Below are positions 36,688 through 43,093 of a DNA stretch of 43,093 bases, in pieces (the first letter of the stretch is position 1; each line of letters begins with the position of its first letter). This DNA comes from Octopus bimaculoides. Taxonomy: Eukaryota. The DNA is taken from assembly GCF_001194135.2 (NCBI RefSeq), contig NC_068982.1:176345085-176388177 (forward strand), in the 5' to 3' direction. The translations under genes and the position numbers were made by a program. A model generated the notes under the pieces. That model saw only the letters and a program-made list of their open reading frames with translations. It was not told where the DNA came from and did no database searches.

Positions 36688-38550
36688 GGCCATGCTAGGC
36701 ACCGCTGTTGTGCCACACTCTTATTACTGAGAACCTCTTTCAGTATGTGACATTTGGTGAATAAGGGAATTTGATGTCGCTACCCTCATTTGCACCTCCA
36801 GCCATGAGATAGGTTCATCTGGGACTCTCGACAGGAAGAGATCCAGTATGGATTTCAAAACAGCTACATCCAATTTTTGTAGGTCCTTCAGGCTCTTTAG
36901 GGGAATATCTAAACCCAGGCTGTTGCAGTAACTGGTCCTGAAGTGCGATGGCACTGCTGGGATCTTTGGTACTGGGCAGGGGCGACCTGTTCTGGCATTT
37001 GTGTAGCTTTCAATGCCAAATTATGGCACAATCCCTTCTAGGATCTTCCAGATGTATATTACTGCATATCTCTCCCGCTTCGCTCCAGGGAGTAAAGTCT
37101 TAGCTCATTCAGCCTATTCCAGTAGCTGAGTTGTTGCAATGAGACGATCGCTCCAATGTCTGCTGTTAATTTTATACTGTGGGGTGACCAGAGCTGAGAG
37201 CAATAATCCAGGCGGCCGAGGACGAATGTCCTCCATAGGACCATTATGGTTTCCTTCTCTCTTGTTCTGAATGTTATAAGGATCCATCCAGCCAGTTGTC
37301 TGCAGTTTATCTCCATCCTAGTAATGTGGACTTGGAAAGAGGTACCATCACTCATGTCGATACTCAGGTACCACACTGATTTAGGCTCTGGGATCATAAT
37401 CCCCAGTGGAACAGTATACCCTGTAAGTTTTATATTTAGTTTTGGATGCTCGTAGCGCAGGGCTTGGAATTTTTCAGCGTTAAACTGCATATTATTGTCT
37501 TCGGCCCATCTATAAATTGAGTCCAACTCCTGCTGCAGATGTGCAATATCGCTGGGGTTCTGCATTTCCTGCAAGACTTTAGCGTCATCTACATTGATAG
37601 CAAGTTGGCTATCCGGGCAGCTGAGAACATATCTGAGAGGCCTACTATGATAAGCAGTGGTCCCAAAAGAGTACCCTGTGGAACACCGCTCACTATTCGT
37701 GTTTTCTTTGAGGTGGCTCCATTGGCCACTACTGCCTGACAACTATCTTTCAGAAAGTCATGTAACCTCTCTCCAAGTCTTACAGCTATGCCGAGATCAC
37801 ACAGTTTGCGGAATATCACACCATGATCCACTTTGTCAAACGCTTTTGCAAAATCAAGGTATATTACGTCTACATTTGAGTTGTTGAGTGACTGCCTCAA
37901 CACCCAGTTATAATGTTGTAAGAACTGGGTCAGGTAGCTCCTACCTGGTCGAAAACCATGCTGGGTATCACTGAGCAAGTCGTTTTCTGCAAGGAATGCG
38001 ATTAGTTTCCCCCTGACTTTGCTACTGTGTGAAGTCAGAGAGATGTTCTATGACTTTGATGATGTGTGAAGTCAGAGAGATAGGCCTATAATTTTTGGCA
38101 TCTGCTCTGCTTCCTTCTTTATGGATTAGGCATATGATTCCCTCCTTCAGTTTGCTTGCCAGCCTGCTACTTGTAAAAGGCTCTGGAAGAGAATCTGTAG
38201 TAGTTTCGTCAGGGCACGCTTATAGGATTTGAGGGAGAATTGCTGGGAAGCCATCAGGACCAGTAGTTGAGTTTGCGTCCACCTCATGTATGGATAGCAG
38301 TATATCTTCTTCGCTAATGTCGATGTAATCCATCGTAACTGCCTCCCTGGTTATAGGTGAGGTGGCAAAGAAATCCACCGGTTCGTTCACTTGTCTGTGT
38401 TGCCACGGAGTGGTAAAGACATTTTTGAACCTGGTTGGGTTATCTGTGAGGTAGCCCTCCTTTTGGAAGAGGGGTCCTATTTTGCAGGATTATGAGGCTG
38501 TTTTGTTGGCATGATGAAAGAAGGCCTTTGAGTTTGACTTGGATTTTTCA
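36688..38550 (-). mobile_element. CR1-group LINE: RT domain through to 3' end, decayed
   Basis: GPDGFP, NYRPISLTSH, QHGFRPGRSYLTQ, YLDFAKAFDKVDH, SGVPQGTLLGP, DDAK, FNAEKFQ, LDYCSQLWSP, LSYWNRLNELRLYSLER; frameshifts and stops. Confidence 0.93.
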
Positions 38551-38554
38551 CCAG

Positions 38555-38675
38555 TAATTAAAGTGATCGAAGACCAACGTAAGATGAAGTGTTTTGCTCA
38601 AGAAATAATGCACCACCCGTTCTAGGAACTGAAATCACGATCTCGTGATCGCGCGTGCAGCACCTTAACCACTAG
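38555..38675 (-). mobile_element. 5' part of CORE-like tRNA SINE (family of 32467-32813)
   Basis: Minus CTAGTGGTTAAGGTGCTGCACGCGCGATCACGAGATCGTGATTTCAGTTCC...TTCTTGAGCAAAACACTT. Confidence 0.8.
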
Positions 38676-40232
38676 AAACAAGCAGAAACAAGCGGAATTA
38701 TGTGATTTTATCAAATCAGCTTTCGATAGACAAGAAAATTGTGGCTTAGAAACTTAAAAAAAAATATTTGCTCTCCTGTCTACAGTTCGAAACATGCAAA
38801 GTAGGGAACACTCACAAACTCATCTTTCGCGACTAAGAGGGTGTTCACATCTGGTTGCACCTACTTGCCAATACGTATATATACAATACAATCCTACACT
38901 CGTATACATATAACCAGATGGGCATAAAATGTGTTCCATTTTTCGATATATTTTGATGCATTGTTTTAGGCAGTGCCATATCAAACCTAGCTACTGACGA
39001 TCTCATATTGCTTGTCACGTGGGGAGGAAGGGTTCAATCTCTTGCATACTGTGTGATGAGAGATAGAGCTCTCAAAACAAACGCATTGTAGCGGAAGACT
39101 TGTTTGCAGGTACGTTCTTGTATATCTCAAAGATATCGTGTGCCAGAAATTGGCTTTTTCCCCTTTACATTTCAATGTATAAACTCAGTGCCAAATATTT
39201 CGTAATTTATATGAACATTTGTTGAGTACTTTGACAAAATACCTCACTATGACTAACTGTTAAACTCAGGATTACGATTATATCTTTTTACCGAGTCTCT
39301 TTTTCTTTCCGTCTGTCTGTCTGTCTGTCTGTCTGTCAGTAGACACACACAAACACCCAACAAACACACGCATATGTAATGTTGATTAACTTTTAAACTT
39401 TTCAATAATGTATGTAGATGACTCTCATTACTTGTTTTTAAAATCTAAACAATGTTTAATTTATTCTGCTAAGTTTGGAAATTTCTAATTAAGCTGCTTA
39501 TTTGCTTTAGTAATATATTCTAAATTATATCTTTATAAGAATTAATGAGCAGGATTATATTATACCTTGGCTGGGGTAAATTGTTGCTCCAATTTCTTTC
39601 TGCTTTTATTTCCTCTTACTCTCCTCTTTTTTGTTTTCACTGTCTCTGAATCTTTTTCGCTATGTCTACATCATTTTCCATTTTTTTTACACACTTTCCT
39701 CCAGTCAATTATTCAAAGCAAAAATCTAAATTTAAGTTCTAATTATATTTGTTGGCTTTAATAAAATCACCCGAGTTTAACCAAAGTAAGGCTAAAGTAT
39801 ATACATTAATCTCTGCACAGATCATTAGGTAGCTAATATCCTTTTAATTATGATACAACATGTGGTTGGTCTGTCTACTTTTCTTCAGATTTGTATTATA
39901 ATATCTGCAAGCAATGTTTAGTAATAGTTTAACTAAATTCGAATATTCATTGTCGGTAACATCAGGTCTCCAAGATTAATTGCAGAATTACAAGTCAGGT
40001 TAATAACAGTAATTATGCATGATACGTTGCTTAGTATTAAGGTTGATCAGCAGCTAGTGCACGCAATCAAATTTCTCTATGACAACATACGAATACATCA
40101 ACAAAGAACAGAATAAGAGCAGAATGTCTGAGATTTAGATGACGTCAGCTATTTACAGCTGTTTTGCACAGAAATGAACTTTCAGACACGATGCAATGCG
40201 TGTACGGATACTTATGTCAGAAATAATGTGAA

Positions 40233-40380
40233 AAGAGCTGGCTGTCTAGGTAAGTAGTTTGCCTCGTAGCAACGTTGTCCCATGTTCAATCTCACGGCTC
40301 GTCACTTTGGTGACAGCGACTATTTCCAAATATAGTTTTGAGCTGAATTTGGTAGACTGAAACTGTACAGATACACTGTG
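40233..40380 (+). mobile_element. Degenerate SINE of the 4826-5250 family
   Basis: GAGCTGGCTGTCTAGGTAAGTAGTTTGC...GAATTTGGTAGACTGAAACTG. Confidence 0.65.
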
Positions 40381-41781
40381 CTCAATAATGTACTGAAAAT
40401 GATAATGAAATATAGTTAATGTGCAGAAAAGTACTTTTATGTTTATATGCAGATATTACCGTTTCGTAATGTATGTTGTATGGAATAATTTGAAAACATT
40501 GGTATCTTTTTTAAGCATTTGTATTTACATATATAAAGGACTGGTAGGCAGATGAAAACATAACAGGAGAATGAGACAAAGAGGGAGGGGAAAATAGGCA
40601 AGACAACTAATACAAGCAGTAGCATACAGATACAGAACGTACTAAAGACATTTATTTCTCACTCTGCATCTGAAATTACTATAAATGATATAAAACTAGG
40701 TGTTATTCGCCATGGATACTCGGCAGTGTAGATGTCAGGATATGAATTGGTAATACATCGATTGTTCATCCATTATATTATCGAAGAGATCCTCTATAAA
40801 TCCATCGCTTTTCCTTTTCAAAAGGGGTAATAAATGTAGTTATCTACTCATAGACTGTCCGAACTGGATAGTTATATCTCAGTAATATTTTGGTTTATAT
40901 TGGGTAACATATCAGTTTATATTGGGTTTATATTAGGTAAGCACACGCTGTTTCAATTCGTATATGGATACATAAATCGTTTATTTACATATAAGTCGCT
41001 TTGGAGGATCCTCATATCATCAACTGTTGATAGGAGGTAATAATAATTTCGGTAACTTCTTATACCAGAGCTCTTTTCAGCGATACGAAGAAGATATTAG
41101 AAAATTTTCGATTTATTTTATCTTACAATGAAATTCGCTTTTTCCACCATCTTGCATGCAACAGTCACAGCGTTTTGAATGCAGTACAAACAGGCTAAAT
41201 ATGTAGTAACTGCTTGTTTTACTATTTATCGAGTAGTAAACAGGCTTGGTCACATATCTCTGCATTTTCTGCCTATTCCACCTACTTATGAACAACCGCC
41301 CAACCATCTTCTCTATGTTCAACGTCTGCCAGGTTGACTTTGTTGATCAAGTCTGAAACTAATGAAATCCCGTCTCTGTTGGAAACAATGTATACTGCCA
41401 ACAGTGTGCCTCACACTATTCGCTAAAGCCTTACTATTTCAGGCTGTTCTTTTCATGTGTTCCCATCATATTACTCACCCCAAACACCATCAACATAGCA
41501 ATGATAACATTTGTTTTATCAAATGAGACCATACCTTAAGGACATGATGTTACGTAACCATTATAATACTATTGGAAATATGGGCCCTTTATTAAAATCC
41601 ACCTACACATTCCAGTTAATAACTTCATGCAGGAATGTGGGTGTCGGATTTTTTTTTAGTATTTACGTAACTGTATTGTCTTTTCGTAAGCAACTTGTAG
41701 GCTAGTAGAAAAGAGCAAAATGTATTCTTTTCTTTCTCCTCATTGGGTTGGAGCTGCTTCTTCATTATCGTCCTAGTGAAA

Positions 41782-42166
41782 TGTTGTTGGCACTCCTTCG
41801 CTTACGACGTCGAGGGTTCCAGTTAATCCGATCAACGGAACAGACTGCTCGTGAAATTAACGTCCAAGTGGCTGAGCACTCCACAGACACGTGTACCCTT
41901 AACGTAGTTCTCGGGGATATTCAGCGTGACACAGTTTGACAAGGCTGACCCTTTGAATTACAGGCACAACAGAAACAGGAAGTAAGAGTGAGAGAAAGTT
42001 GTGGTGAAAGAGTACAGCAGGTTTCGCCACCATCCCCTGCCGGGGCCTCGTGGAACTTTAGGTGTTTTCGCTCAATAAACACTCACAACGCCCGGTCTGG
42101 GAATCGAAACCGCGATCCTTTGATCGCGAGTCCGCTGCCCTAACCACTGGGCAATTGCACCTCCAC
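41782..42166 (-). mobile_element. tRNA-derived SINE, third family, apparently full length
   Basis: Minus head GCCCAGTGGTTAGGGCAGCGGACTCGCGATCAAAGGATCGCGGTTTCGATTCCCAGACC; ends GAAGGAGTGCCAACAACA. Confidence 0.85.
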
Positions 42167-42614
42167 CCTAGTGAAATAACAAGGATACATATGACTTATT
42201 TACGTTGCCAGGCAAACCCTACAAGGATGACAAGCATGTTTCTAAAACATTGCCATTACACCAACGTAACCTCTACACTAATATTATTGAGCATTATCAC
42301 ACTATTCCAACATCAACGTCGAATATTAGTCAGGAATGGTCATTATTTTCAGTAAGAATCGTGAACAAGTTCCACTCTTCGATATTTGCTTCACAAGCTG
42401 CTCTGCGCATTGATTTCCTAACGCTGCAGCTTTCCTCGATGGCTTCTCTCTGCCACTATGACAAATTTCCTCGCTTGCAATAACTTGCCAGCCTAGTGTA
42501 ATCTGGTGGAACATTAATTTTTACGTGGCAGCCCCAGCCATACTCGTGTGTTCGCAATGCACCTATCATTTCTTTCATTTCCAGGTTTATCTTCATCACA
42601 TTAACACGCTGTAT

Positions 42615-42631
42615 TACACACACACACACAC

Positions 42632-42668
<37 letters not shown>
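42615..42668. repeat. (CA)n microsatellite
   Basis: Direct reading. Confidence 0.95.
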
Positions 42669-42672
<4 letters not shown>

Positions 42673-43093
42673 TATAATAAAAGTCATGGTTTGCTATTAC
42701 TGATATCAAACCTAATTCAAATAAATTAACGTGGGAAAATTCCTCTTCGAATAAGATCATGCTTATTCGCCCTGAAGAGATCGTACAAATAATGCATAAA
42801 TAACTGCATATAAATATGCAATAATATACAATTAATTCGATTGAAACACGTGTTGGACAATTATTAAGAATAAACCAACTGTAAATAAACATAAAGTTTG
42901 AATGTTCAGATTCTTCATTTTCCTTGCTATCCATATTGTACTTTACATTAGTAGCCGGGAAAAAATTGTAACATCGGATGGGAGTTAAAGGAAATTTGCT
43001 ATAAAAGCACCATCAAAAGGAACCAGCGTTGCCATTTTACATAGAGGAATTCGGTATCTGCCTGAATATTTTATCCCTCCTCTTACTATATAT

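Noticed and set aside
38026-38081. 19-bp direct repeat TGTGTGAAGTCAGAGAGAT inside the CR1 relic
   Set aside because: Ordinary slippage or template-jump damage in a dead element.
38970-39109. Exon-like segment with TTTTAG acceptor and CAG|GTACGT donor
   Set aside because: All three frames contain a stop between the sites.
41127-41534. Minus-strand exon candidates 41479-41534 (GMVSFDKTNVIIAMLMVFG, donor GTGAGT) and 41127-41194 (CLYCIQNAVTVACKMVEKANFI, donor GTAAGA)
   Set aside because: Good donors, but both run phase 1 to phase 0 and cannot join directly; no recognised protein. Needs RNA-seq.
42085-42166. tRNA-like sequences here and at 32467-32540 and 38610-38675
   Set aside because: They continue into SINE bodies and lack a complete cloverleaf; SINE heads, not tRNA genes.
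42205-42514. Overlapping 92-aa plus and 62-aa minus ORFs
   Set aside because: No recognisable motifs; lengths within chance expectation.

Overview
AT-rich, repeat-dense eukaryotic scaffold with six N gaps. The SINE sequences recall octopus/coleoid cephalopod repeats (recognised from memory, not a database match). I cannot support any host protein-coding gene; the window reads as intronic or intergenic DNA built from decayed retroelements and microsatellites. Recognisable relics: two L1/Tx1-like LINEs with homologous ORF1s (about 1-1010 minus; 11565-14485 plus, with APE endonuclease), two CR1-group RT pieces, two Penelope-like RT pieces, two R4/Dong-type RLE elements each bracketed by (TAA)n, a CRE-clade RLE element broken by insertions, a probable RTE fragment, and roughly 25-30 tRNA-derived SINE copies of at least three families. 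Most interesting: same-orientation SINE trains with (TAA)n spacers, SINE multimers with identical junctions, a 138-bp GC-rich direct repeat with crossing helices and hammerhead-core-like words, a shared SINE/LINE 3' tail, and three strong fold-backs. Most long ORFs in the supplied track are microsatellite or gap artefacts.
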